Below are positions 51,525 to 64,000 of a stretch of DNA of 64,000 bases, piece after piece. The notes beneath the pieces were generated by a model. The model worked only from the letters and a program-made list of their open reading frames with translations, had not been told where the DNA came from and made no database searches. The stretch is from assembly GCF_004010195.1 (NCBI RefSeq), contig NC_057750.1:10534643-10598642 (forward strand). The letters run 5' to 3'. Numbering within the stretch: position 1 is the first letter of the stretch; every line of letters starts with the position of its first letter. Origin of the DNA: Chiloscyllium plagiosum (Eukaryota). The position numbers were made by a program, and so were the translations under genes.

Positions 51525-52560
51525 CCTGGGCCCCTTGCTGAGATATTTGTATAATCAATAATCACAAGTGAGGTGCCGAAAGACAGGAGCTTGGCTAACA
51601 TCTTGCCACTATTTAAGAAAGGTAGTAAGGAAAAGCCAAGGAACTATAGACCAGTGAGCCTGACGTCTGTGGTGGGCACATTGTTGGAGGGAATCCTGAG
51701 GGACAGGATGTACATTTATTTGGAAAAGCAAGGATTGATTTCAGGATAGTCAACATGGCTTTGTGTGTAGGAAATTTGATTGAGTATTTTTTTTGAAGAA
51801 GTAACAAAGAGGATTGATGAGGGCAGAGCAGTAGACGTGACCTATGTGGACTTCAGTAAGGCGTTCGACAAGGTATCCCATGGGAGACTGGTTAGCAAGG
51901 TTAGATCTCACGGAATGCAGAGAGAACTAGCCATTTGGGTACAGAACTGGCTCAAAGGTAAAAGACCAGAGGGTGATGGTGGAGGGTTGTTTTTCAGACT
52001 GGAGGCCTGTGACCAGTGGAGTGCTGAGTCCACTACTTTTCCTCATTTATGTAAATGATTTGGATGTGAGCACAAGAGGTATAGTTAGTATGCTTGCAGA
52101 TGACACCAAAATTGGAGGTGTAGTGGGCAGCGAAGAAGATTACCTCAGATGTGTCAGTGGGCTGAGAAGTGGCAGGTAGAGTTTAATTCAGATAAATGCA
52201 AGGTGCTGCATTTTGGGAAAGCAAATCTTAGCAGGACTTGTACACAAAATGGTAAGATCCCAGAGAGTGTTGCTGAACAAAGATACCTTGGAGTGCAGGT
52301 TCATAGCTCCTTGAAAGTAGAGTCGCAGGTAGATAGGATAGTGAAGAAGGCATTTGGTATGTGTATGGAATGAGCTGCCAGAGGAAGTGGTGGAGGCTGG
52401 TACAATTGCACCATTTAAAAGGCATCTGGATGAATATATGAATAGGAAGGGTTTGGAGGGCTATGGGCCGGGTGCTGGCAGGTGGGACTAGATTGGGTTG
52501 GGATATCTGGTCGGTATGGGCGAATTGGACTGAACGGTCTATTTTTGTGCTGTACGTCTC
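51525..52560 (+). mobile_element. CR1/HER1-like LINE RT fragment with internal deletions
   Basis: [37 protein letters not shown]; 3' UTR. Confidence 0.9.
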
Positions 52561-53266
52561 TTCGAAGATTGCGGGTTCGAGTCCCGCTCTCAGTTTAGAG
52601 CATAAGAATTTAGGCTGATGCTGAGCTACAGACTGAGGGAATGTGCAGTAGAGGAGGCAGTGAACTAATGGTAATCTCACTGGGCTGGTATTTCAGAGCC
52701 CTAGGTTAATGTTTTGGTGGTGGGGCGGGCATGAGTTCCAATTGCGTAATGAAGGTGAAATTGAATAAAATCTGTATTTAAAAAAGCTGATCTTTTTTTA
52801 AAAAGTGTGTAATCATTATTGATTGTTGCAAAGAAACCCATTTGGTTCACTCAAATCCTTCAGAGAAGTAAATCTGCTCTCCTTAACCGGTCTGGCCTAC
52901 ATGTGACTTCAGTTTCACCGATGTGACTGACTCTTAAGGCCCTCTGAAATGGTTAAGAGAGCAGTCAGTGCAAGCACAGGATATTGCCAGTGATGTCACT
53001 TCCCATTAACAATAGACAAAGTTTCATCATTAAACATTAACAATGATTTTTCCCCCCTCTGGGTGGATGGAAAAGAATCTACCTTGAAGAGGGGCAAGTC
53101 AGTGTGCTGGATAATATTTATCTCTCAAGCCATACAACAAAAAATGGATAGTCGACATTATCACGTTGCTGCTCGTAGAGCTGCTGTGCACGGGCCAGCT
53201 ACACCTCAAAACTACACTTGCTGGAATTCTGGGACTTCCTGGTGTCATGAAAGGCACTAGATAAAT

Positions 53267-53372
53267 GAAAGGTTGAGAGTGGTGCTGGAAAAGTACAGCA
53301 GGTCAGGCAGCATCCGAAGAGCAGGAGAGTCGATGTTTCGGTCATCAGCCCTTCAGGAATTGATACGTTCTA
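53267..53372 (-). mobile_element. Penelope-like terminus (family A) inserted in a DeuSINE tail
   Basis: Flanked by cactagataaat (53255-53266) and cactacataaat (53373-53384); hammerhead damaged. Confidence 0.65.
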
Positions 53373-53428
53373 CACTACATAAATACAAGTCTTTTTTTGA
53401 TCTTTCTGCTTAAGTTGCTGGATATTAA

Positions 53429-53755
<327 letters not shown>

Positions 53756-54999
53756 TAAGCATCCAATCGAACCTTCCGGTTCCCTGCACAGTGATTTAAG
53801 GATGGGAACCTGGGCTCAATCAGGTGCAAACCACATCATGGTTTCACATCCCACAGTGTCAAGTTGTGAAAATTGCAAGAAGTAAGCCCAACGATCTGTG
53901 GCTGGCACCAACCTTATGTATTAAAAACCCAAACTGCTGCACAGTTTCCTCCCTGACCACTTGTGACTCCAGTCCAAAACCGTGAGTGATTGACTGAGAG
54001 ACCTCGCAGAAGCACCTGGCAGAGCCACTCCGTTGTCATGCCAACTGAGATCAGCTTTCTCCGTACAGAGGATGATTGAACCCGCTGCCTCTAAATTTCT
54101 ATTTAAATTTAGTTCTGTGGTGTGATTCCACCCTGCCCTTCCACAACCCAGAGAGCTCAGATCACATAACTTGGCACAGACTGGGACTCGAACCTGGGGC
54201 CTCCTCTGAGCAGCAGGGGGAAGGTTTTAGTTGGCACATGTCCCTTCCTCGACCTGTACTGTTTCTCCAATTCTGTGAGAATTGCCTGCAGTTTTTATAT
54301 TTGCAGTGGGATGTGGGTGTCGTTGGCTGGGACAGCATTCACTGCCGCTCCCCAGTTGTTCTGGAAAAGATTGGAATGCGCTGTCTTGAACCGCAGCAGC
54401 TCATGTGACCTAAGGATACAAAGTGGGCCTAGTGTGCCAAACTGCAAAAATTCACCAAAGCTCCTTTGATGGCATTTTCTAAACCCACAACTCTTTCCCC
54501 GGGTCCCCCCCACCATCTCGAACGACCAGGAGAGCAGATACATGGGAACACCGTCTTCAAGTTCCCCTCCAACCCGTTGACCATTCTGCCTTGGAAAAGT
54601 GTTGCCATTCCTTCGCTGTTGCCAGGTGAAAATCTTGTAACCCCTCCCCCCCCTTAGCATTGTGGGTGTACCTACACAAAATGGACTACAACAACAGTTC
54701 AAGAAGGGAGCTCACCATCAAGAGCACCTAGGGGAGGGTAATAAATGCTGGCCCTACCAGCAAATTCTGGATTCCATGAGTGAAAAGGCAAGTAGCCCAA
54801 GTGGGGGAGCAATTGGTTAAGAGTGTCATTGTAAGATTTAGATTAGTAATGGGGGAAAGCCAGGAACAATCAAAGGTTGAACTTCTGCATTGGAAGAGGG
54901 TTAATTTCAGTGTGACATGAGTGGTTAGCCAGTGTAAAATGCAAGTAGACACTTGACGGGAGAAAAAAAACAGAACAATCTTTAAGAGGTCGTTTCTTC

Positions 55000-55585
55000 A
55001 AGAATAGGAGTTGGGGCGTCATATTGAGGTTGTACAGGACGTTGATGAGGCCTCTTCTGGAATACTGTGTGCAGTTCTGGTCGCCCTGTTGTCGGAAGGG
55101 TATTATTAAACTGGAGAGGGTTCAGAACAGATTTATTAGGATGTTGCCGGGTATAGAAAGTTTCAGTTATAAAGGAAGATCGGATAGGCTGGGACTTTTT
55201 TCACTGGAGGGTAGGAGGTTGAGAGGCGACCTGGTAGAAGTTTATAAAATAATGAGAGGTACAGATAAAGTTAATGGTAGTTGTCTTTTCCCCAAGATGG
55301 GGGAATACAAAGACTAGGGGGCACATTTTTACGGTGAGAGGAGAGAGATCTTAAAGACACAAGGGGCAAATTTTTTACACAGAGTGGTTGACATGTGAAA
55401 TGAACTTCCTGAGAGAGTGCTGGATGTGAATATAATTACACTGTTTAAAAGACATTGAGATGAATAGGAAATGTTTGGAGGGATATGAGCCAGGAACAAT
55501 TAGGTGGAACTTGTTTAGTTTGGGATTCTGTTCAGAATGGACTAGTTGGACTGAAGGGTGTGTTTCTGTGCTATACGACTCTATA
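55000..55585 (+). mobile_element. CR1-like LINE 3' fragment
   Basis: LYRTLMRPLLEYCVQFWSP...LRGDLVEVYKIMRG. Confidence 0.88.
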
Positions 55586-57203
55586 GCTGTATAACTATAA
55601 TCTCATATGTTCTAATAAGGGTAATAGGAAAGGGAGCTAAATGCAGGGTTTCTTGGATGACAAGTGAGACAAGATTATGGTGGATTAAAGATGGAGGGTG
55701 TATGATTCAAGTTGATGAATCCTTTAAGTGAGAGCCAGGTCAAATTCAATAGCTTGCGAAGAAAGGTGAAGAGGAAAGTGAGATTCACAAAGTGGGAATG
55801 ACAGTGAACATAAAGGGAAATCAAAATTTACGAGCAGGCAAATAGTAATGTCTAGTAAGAAGTGGAGTAGGTTTTATTAGGGTGGGAGATGCTTTGAGGC
55901 ATTGGGCCAGGCTGGAATAGTTAGAGTTCTTTGGATCAGTGCTTACTATGGAACACCAATCTGACAAAAACATCAGTATAGAGCGCGGAAATCGTGAAGG
56001 CAATGAGTAGTGTGAAAACTGAAAGGGAAGAGATACAAGAAAGACTAGCTATACTTAGAGTGAATAAGTATCTGGATGGCTTATGTCCAGATTGCTAAAG
56101 GAAGTAGGGCTGGAGATAACTCAAGAGGCTGCCTTAACTTTGCAATCTTTAATCGACATGCAGCAGAAGTGCCAAAAGAGAATGGCAGATGTGAGACTCT
56201 TTCAAGAAAGAGTGGCCAGGGCAATCCCAGCAACCACAGGCCACTAGTGCCACATCAGGGGGTGGGGGGTGAGGTCTTGGGATCCACATTTAGGGGAGCA
56301 GGGGAATCATCAGGTACTAGGAGAGGTTTGAATGAATGTCAGAGAGCCAGCATAGATTTGTGAAAGGAAGGTCGTGCTTGACTAATCAAATTGAATTTAT
56401 TGATCTTGAATCAAAGAAGCTTGATAAAGGATAAGTGCTGTCTGCATCGATCTTTAATTTTTTTTGACTTTGATAAAGGGCTGATTGACAGACATATAGA
56501 ATAATGAGGTTCAACTGGCAAACCAGTATAAAGGCAGACAGCAGCAGAGGGAAGATGATGTCGTGCTGGTATTATTGTTAAACTATTAATCCAGAGACTG
56601 GGTAATGTTTTGCAGATCTGGGCCAGATGGCTAATTTGAATTCAATTTAAAAACAAAGTCTGGAATTAAGAAGCTAATAATGATCAATGCCAATTATTGT
56701 AAGGTCCCTTCTGATTCACTAACGCCCTTTATGGAAGGAAACTGCTGTCCTCACCCAAATGCGACTCCAGACCTGCAGCAATGTGGTTGACTCTTAAACT
56801 GCCCTCTGGCAATTAGGGATGGTCAATAAATGCTGGCCCAGGCAGTGATGCCCATATCCCCTGGTTGACAGGTTTTTTTTGTAGATTGGACACAGTGGTG
56901 GTTCCAAGTGACCTGGATCTTGGAATTAGAGTAAAATTTCAAAGTTTGCCAGACAAGTGCCAGAGGAATTAAATCCAGAGAACTGTGGGGTGATGCGTTC
57001 TGGCACAAGGGTTAGGCAGAGGCACTATAGACCTAGTGGCAGAGTTGTAAAGAGGGGGCATGAACTGAGGGACCGGACGTTCATGTGTATCGATCTTTGA
57101 AGGAGGCAGGACATATTGTGAGAGTGACTTGAGGGAATGAACCTCTCCTGTTCATGTGTGTATATAAATATCCAATGTTTACTCTCCTTCCTTTGTCCCC
57201 CAG

Positions 57204-57326
57204 CTCTTCTTCCACCTCTCCAGAGAACGTGTTTTTACTGAGGATCGTGCACGTTTTTACGGGGCGGAGATCGTGTCTGCCTTGGATTACCTCCATGATA
57301 AGAATGTCGTCTACAGAGATCTGAAG
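57204..57326 (+). CDS. AKT2: AKT2 coding exon 8 (123 nt; [41 protein letters not shown])
   Basis: YRDLK catalytic loop; acceptor ctttgtcccccag, donor gttggt. Confidence 0.97.
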
Positions 57327-57639
57327 GTTGGTATTTGGCAGATCCACAAATATCCATCATGTGAAAATAGCTGGAGATGTAGATGAGGGATGTATAGTGG
57401 CGAAGGATTGAGGTCACATTTTAAATGTAAGCAAAACTATGCCAAACAGATCTTTAATGTGGAAGCACTCAAACACAATGCTGAAAAAACTGAGCGGTTA
57501 GGACGTGTGAGTAAAGAGTTTCAGTCAAAGGGATGGTTTTTAAGAAATGGCACAAAGTGCATCTGGGTGGCAATCCCAGAGCTTTGGCCCAACTGAAGAT
57601 ATGACCATCGAAATCAGAATGATGACAATGTTAAATGTT

Positions 57640-57932
57640 AGGGCGGCACACTGGTCTCAGTGGTTAGCACTGTTGCCTCACAACACAGGGACCTGGGTTT
57701 AATTCCACTCTCGGGCGACTCTCTGTGGGGAGTTTGCGCATTCTCCCTGTGGTCTGTGTGAGTTTCTTCCAGGTGCTCCGGTTTCCTCCCGCAGTCCAAA
57801 GATGTGCAGGTTAGGTGGATTAGCGAAGGGTCACAGGGATAGGGTGGGGGTGGGTTTAGGGTGGGATCCTCTTCGGAGGGTCATTGTCGACTCTGTTTGA
57901 ATAGCCTGCTTCCGCACTGTAGGGATTCTATG
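57640..57932 (+). mobile_element. HE1-like SINE in the intron between coding exons 8 and 9
   Basis: gggcggcacactggtctcagtggttagcactg...ttccgcactgtagggattctatga. Confidence 0.82.
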
Positions 57933-57941
57933 AAATATTAG

Positions 57942-58220
<279 letters not shown>

Positions 58221-58304
58221 TGATTCTTAATCTTTTGGTGGCTTACCACTCTAACCTCTTGCCCCCTTCTTACAATTCACATGCCCAGGGAAGCCATTAT
58301 ATTC

Positions 58305-58473
58305 TGAGTCAAAAGGTGTATTGCTGGAAAAGTACAGCCAGTCAGGTAGCATCCGAGGAGCAGGAGAGTCGATGTTTCGAGCAAAAGCTCTTCATCAGGA
58401 ATGTACTGGCTGTACTTTTCCAGCATCACATCTTTTGACTCTGATCGCCAGCATCTGCAGTCCTCACTTTCTC
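58305..58473. mobile_element. Penelope-like (family A) fold-back remnant with minus-strand hammerhead
   Basis: Arms gagtcaaaagg...ggaaaagtacagccagt / actggctgtacttttcc...ttttgactc; hammerhead at 58371-58398 (-): CTGATGA-A-GAGC-tttt-GCTC-GAAAC-ATC. Confidence 0.75.
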
Positions 58474-58699
58474 TTCGTTATATTTTGACATCATGCATAG
58501 CGGCCCCTTTTGCCAGCTTCAGCTGGCACAGTATGGAGGGTTGTGTTGGCACTGGGAATGGATCTCCAAGGGTGGGACTTCAGTCAGTGGGAGATGCTCT
58601 GCCTTTGATGGACCACAGTTACTGCTTGAGCTGCTCATGTTCCACTTTGTGGAGAAATGGCAGCATCTTCCCCAGACCGTCCTCTCGGGGCTTACTGAG

Positions 58700-59890
58700 G
58701 GTTTTGAAAACCCTTGTTCAAGAAGGGCAGTAGAGATGACCCAGGTAATTATAAACCAGTGAGCCTAATGTCTGTTGTAGGAAAAGTTTTGGAAAGGATT
58801 ATAAGAGAGAGAATGTAGCAACTGGTTTCGTCAAGGGCAGCTCGTGTCGCACAACCATCATTGAGTTCTTTGAGAAGGTGACCATGTGGATGAGGGTACA
58901 GCAGTTGACGTGGTGTACATGGACTTCAGTAAAGCCTTTGATAAGGTTCCACATGGTAAGCTTTTGGAGAAAAAGAGGACATAAGATTGAGGGTGATATA
59001 GCAGTTATGATTAGGAACTGGCTTTCTGTAAGAAGGCAGCAAGTGGTGGTTGAAGGAAAATATTCAGCCTGGAGTCCAGTTATTAGTGGTGTGCCACAAG
59101 GATCTGTTTTGGGACCGCTGCTGTTTGTCATTTTTATAAATGATTTAGATGCAGGCATAGGTGAATGGGTTAGTAAATTTGCAGATGACACTAAAGTTGG
59201 TGGAGTGGTGGACAGTGTGGAAGAATGTTGCAGGGAGACTGGGTTAACCTGCAGAACTGGGCTGAAAGGTTGCAAATGGAGTTCAATGCAGATAAATGTG
59301 AGATGATTCATTTTGGGAAGAATAACAGGAAGGCAGAATACTGGGTCAATGGAAAGATTCTTGGTAGTGTGGGTGTGCAGAAGGATCTTGGTATCCATGT
59401 ACATAGATCCCTGAAAGTTGCCACCCAGGTTGATAGAGCTATTAAGAAGGCATACGATATGTTAGATTTTATTGGTAGAGGGATTGAGTTCCGGAGCTGT
59501 GATGTCATGCTGCAACTGTACAAAATGCTAGTGCAGCCGCACTTGGAATATTGTGTACAGTTCTCGTCGCCCCATCACAGGAAGGGTGTGGAAGCATCGG
59601 AAAAGGTACAGAGGAGATTTACCAGGATGTTGCCTGGTCTGGAGGGAAGGTCTTATGAGGAAAGGCTGAGGGACTTGGGTCTGTCCTCATTTAACAGAGA
59701 CGTACAAGATGATCAGAGGATTAGATAGAGTGGACAGTGAGTCTTTTTCCTAGGATGATGATGTTGACTTGTATGAGGGGGCATAGCTGCAAATTGAGGG
59801 GTGATAAAAGACAGATGTCACAGGCAGGTTCTTTACTCGGAGTGATAAAGGCGGGGAATGCCCTGCCTGCAATGTTCTATGCTCTAAAAG
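58700..59890 (+). mobile_element. CR1-like LINE RT fragment
   Basis: [22 protein letters not shown]...[20 protein letters not shown]...PHLEYCVQF. Confidence 0.92.
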
Positions 59891-60529
59891 CCGGACTCCA
59901 CCTTTCGGCTCTGTGACCAGGTTACACTCGATGTCCTATGCAGACAACCAGCAAGAGCACTGTTGGCGGGTAGGGCTGTTGTCAGTTTATAGGACGTGGT
60001 CTGTGTTTCCTTGGGCAGTGTGCAATTTCAGAAGTGTCTGTGGGCTTCCTTTGGAGGTCCTGAGTTCTTAGCTGACCCCACTGCCCCAGAGCAACTCTTG
60101 TGGAGAAGGGGAGCTGACTAGGTTGGATGACCCCATTTATTCTCTTCCTCCACCCTCCCTACAGATTGGTAGCTAGGATGGACTTGAAGCTCTGATTTGT
60201 TGTCTGGGCAGACGGCAACGATACTGATCCCACACTCCAATAGCAGATCCATGATCTGCGAATTTGGTTTTTCTTTTAGGGAGGTCGAACGTGTGTTGTT
60301 GGTGACTTTACCTTCTCCTCTCCCTCCACTGCACTGCTGTACAAATCTCTTTAATCGAAAATAATTCTTCTCTGGGCACAGCCTGCATTGTCTCATGAAG
60401 AGAATGTCCTCTGGCCTTCTCTGATTGGAGTTGCAGGTTGAGTGGTTGTATGTATTTTCATCTGGGGAAGATGTATCGCTGCTGTGACAGGAGCAGGCAG
60501 GTTCGAGCCGTTTTACGACAATGTGTTAG

Positions 60530-60826
<297 letters not shown>

Positions 60827-62417
60827 TAAGAGCCACAAAGTCTCCCGTGTGAAGGCCAGTCAGATCATAGTTCCCAGTAGTTTGTGCAGCAATTTGTGTC
60901 CATGTCAGTCAGACTGCCACTCCAAGGGGCTCCTCGGTTGTCGTGAGCTGTTGCTTGTTTGTGGTTGTCAAATTCTCCATTCTGTGCAGAATTACATTGA
61001 CAAAAGCAAGCCTGTAGTAACCCTGCTCATAGCAGTGATGGCTAATGGAGAACTCTGGTCAGTACTGCAAACATTCCAATATTGCGTGAATCATCTTTTT
61101 TTGTTTTGAAGGGGAGTTTACTCCCAATAGTGACTGTAATACATTACACTGAGCGGCAGGCATTTCTTTTTGATGTTTTCTATCGACCTGTTCAGAGATG
61201 TTATGGCCCACCTCTAGAGCAGCTGGGACTTGAACATGGGGCCATGGGCTCAGAGACAAGGACACAATCACTAGACCACATGAGCCCTTGATCTTTCCTT
61301 TAAATCTTCCACTTACTGCTCAGTACAGTTTGCTGTAGTACCAGATTATAGTTTCCAAGAATCTCTTGCACTTCCCTGACTTTCTTCGTTCCACTGTTGC
61401 TGGCTGTGTCTTTAGATGATGTAAGGTGTGGAATTCCCTCCTTAAACCTTTCTTTGCTGCTTTATGATACTCCTGAATCAGTGATTCCTTCTTTGACCAC
61501 ATCTTATTGACTTGGTGTAAAATTTTGTCTGCTAACCTAGCCTGGGAAGTACTTTGTACTATATTAAAGGAGCTACACAAGTTAAGTTAATGTGCTGACT
61601 TATCACATGCTATGTGCCCGAGTAAGTGAATGGTGACTGCAGGAGATCCTTCAGGGCCGAGTTGTAGATCAAGGAGATCTCTGGTTGGATCTCTGGACTA
61701 TGGTTAGTCTGGTGATCTGAGCAGGTCCCAGCAGGGGAGAAGTACACACATGACTTCCAGTCCTGATGACAATCTGGCCACTGCTGCAAAAACAATGAGT
61801 CTCCCACTACTGTGTCTAGACTCACTTCTGAAGAGTGAGGGGTGGCTCTTATGTGTAAAATCTGGAGCCCAGAATCAGCCCAGAGCCTTCTGAGATGGAG
61901 CAGAAGAAATAGGAACATGGAATAAAGGCACGACACCTAGCAGCAGCCACTGAGTCTGATCCAGGCAGACTGCTGCATGGTAGCAATGGTCACTCACCAT
62001 TTAGCTGTACAAGAGCACACATGTTGTTCCCTGAAACTCTTGGCCCCTAGCTCACTCAACATTCATCTCACTCTGCAAAGTGATAAAGCACTAGTTCTTG
62101 GGATGAATTCTGAAATGACTTATACCCTGCCTCCACACCTGCCCAACCTCCCATCAGGAAACTCGGCAAGCCAGTGGAAGTAAGGGATGACTTTGAGGGA
62201 ATAGTACTAAGGTCCAAAGTGCTGACCTATTATTGGATGGTCCCAAATTTGATTGCAGACAAATGGACACTTGCTGTTGGTGTTCCTGGTGTGTCAAGTT
62301 GGTGGGTGGACAGTGTTGATGGGGCATCCCTGGATGCAATAAAGCAGCCTCTTCTGTGCTAAATTGTTGGTTAAAGTAGAGGAAGAGATGGCATAAACCA
62401 GGTTAATTTTCCCTGAA

Positions 62418-62507
62418 CTGAAAATGTGTTGCTGGAAAAGCGCAGCAGCTCCGACAGCATCCAAGGTTCAGGAGAATCTACGTTTCGGGCATAAGCCCTT
62501 CTTCAGG
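62418..62507 (-). mobile_element. ~90-bp Penelope-like mini-insertion (family A) with intact hammerhead; 13-bp TSD
   Basis: TSD aattttccctgaa at 62405-62417 and 62508-62520; hammerhead at 62479-62506 (-): CTGAAGA-A-GGGC-ttat-GCCC-GAAAC-GTA. Confidence 0.8.
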
Positions 62508-63529
62508 AATTTTCCCTGAAGTTTAGAAGCACAAAGGTTGATTTGATTCAAGCTTTCAGTATATCATGAGGACTGATCAGGTAGATTCATAGAATCTCTG
62601 CAGTGTGGAAGCATGCCATTCAGTTGATTGAGTCTATATTGACCCTCTGAAAACCATCCCACCCTTACTGGGTGGATGTACGTACAGGTACAGCACCTCA
62701 AATTTGGCTACCTGGCAGCTGTTGGTTATCTGAAATTAAGTCAAATTAAAATCATGACCTACCTGGACAATTTGGCGAGGTGCTACATTGGTGTGATGCC
62801 ACTTCAGGCTAGTGTCCAGCTTTGCTGCTTCATGATCCTGCATTCCAAGTGACCCTTGATCCCATCTGACTCTGTTTGAGCTGAACAACCCACAGCCCGA
62901 CCCAAAAGCTGGCATGACCTTGGTTCAAAGGTTGCCGGTTTGAGGTATGGCATCTCTGTTGAGACATGGGCCCCACGTGGTGTTAAGAGATGGGATGTGT
63001 AATTCGATTTTAAATCAGCCATGATTGCATTGAATGGCAGAACAGGTTCAATGGGGTAACTGATGTGCCCTGACCGTGTTCTCCTGTTCTAATTCTTTCT
63101 CTCCCATGAGAAGAGGGGGAGTTATGCCTGGTTTCTGTGACTCCCAGATGATTGCACTTGACAATGGAGAAATCTGAACTGAGTCAATCTAATAGCAGCT
63201 GGTGGAATTAAAGCTTTTTAATAAATCTGGAATTAAAAGCCCATCTCAACAACAGTGCTCATGGAATGATTATCAGTTGTCGTAAAAATCCATCTGGTTC
63301 ACTATTGTCCTTTAGGGAAACAATCTTGCCACCCAGATCTCTGAAATTCTCCCAGCATGGCACTCAGTTCATTGGTGAATAGGGATGGGCAACAAATGTT
63401 GGCTTTGTCAGTGACATCCATATTAGAGTGGGACCATGTGAATGTCAGGAGGAAAAAAAATGAGCCCCTACTTAATCTAACCTCTACCAGCTTGGTCCCT
63501 TCATGAACTGATGGTAACTGAGTTATTAA

Positions 63530-63990
63530 TCAATCATTGGAAGCATTCACAGGAATGGTTCTGGGGTGAGCTATGAACATAAATTGGAGAGGTTGGCACT
63601 GTTTACCTTGGAGTAGAAAAGGCTGAGGGAAGATCTGACAGTGTCTTCAAAATCATGAATGGTGTGGACAGGGTAGAGATGGAGAAGCTGTGCCCGCTGG
63701 TTAAAGGATGGAGAAGGAGATGGCATGGATGGAAAATAATTGGGTAAAGGTGCAAAAGCAGCACAAGGCGAAACTACCGGCAGCGAGTGGCTAATGTTTG
63801 GAATGCTCTGCCCAAGACCGCGGCGGAGGCAGGTTCAGGCAAGAATTTCGAAATGGCATCGGCCTGTGAGGCGAAAGGGAAGAATGTGCAGAGTCACGGG
63901 GAGAAGGTGGCAGATGGCTCTGAGTAAATTGCTCATTTGAGAGCCATGGCAGACGCCATGGGCCAAATGGTCTTATGCTCTGCGATCATT
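63530..63990 (+). mobile_element. Old CR1-like 3' fragment
   Basis: tttaccttggagtagaaaaggctgaggga...tcttcaaaatcatga...gatgggccaaatgg-like end. Confidence 0.65.
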
Positions 63991-64000
63991 TTCATATAAT

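Overview
Vertebrate genomic DNA, almost certainly a shark or other cartilaginous fish, judged from HE1-type V-SINEs, CR1/HER1-like LINEs and SacSINE1-like DeuSINEs. The one host gene is AKT2 on the + strand. Ten GT-AG coding exons (35239-60825; 46/129/112/154/132/66/69/123/129/215 nt, 1175 nt in total) encode residues 1 to ~391: the PH domain, the linker and most of the kinase domain. The last exons lie beyond the window, and 1-35 kb is probably 5' intron or upstream sequence. The rest is transposon-rich: CR1 fragments, HE1 SINEs, DeuSINEs, a 5'-intact L1-like element with three nested insertions, a Rex1/Babar fragment, and many Penelope-like element (PLE) remnants. Most notable: (1) at least three PLE families carrying minimal hammerhead ribozyme cores, several intact, often in inverted arrangements; (2) two young PLE insertions whose perfect 83-bp complementary segments bracket the symmetric 129-nt PH-domain exon; (3) a near-perfect, A-free, CpG-dense 31-bp satellite of ~3.8 kb inside an old ~350-bp inverted duplication; (4) Ser in place of the redox-sensitive Cys124 of mammalian AKT2. 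Repeat boundaries and family names come from reading by eye and from recall, not from database searches.
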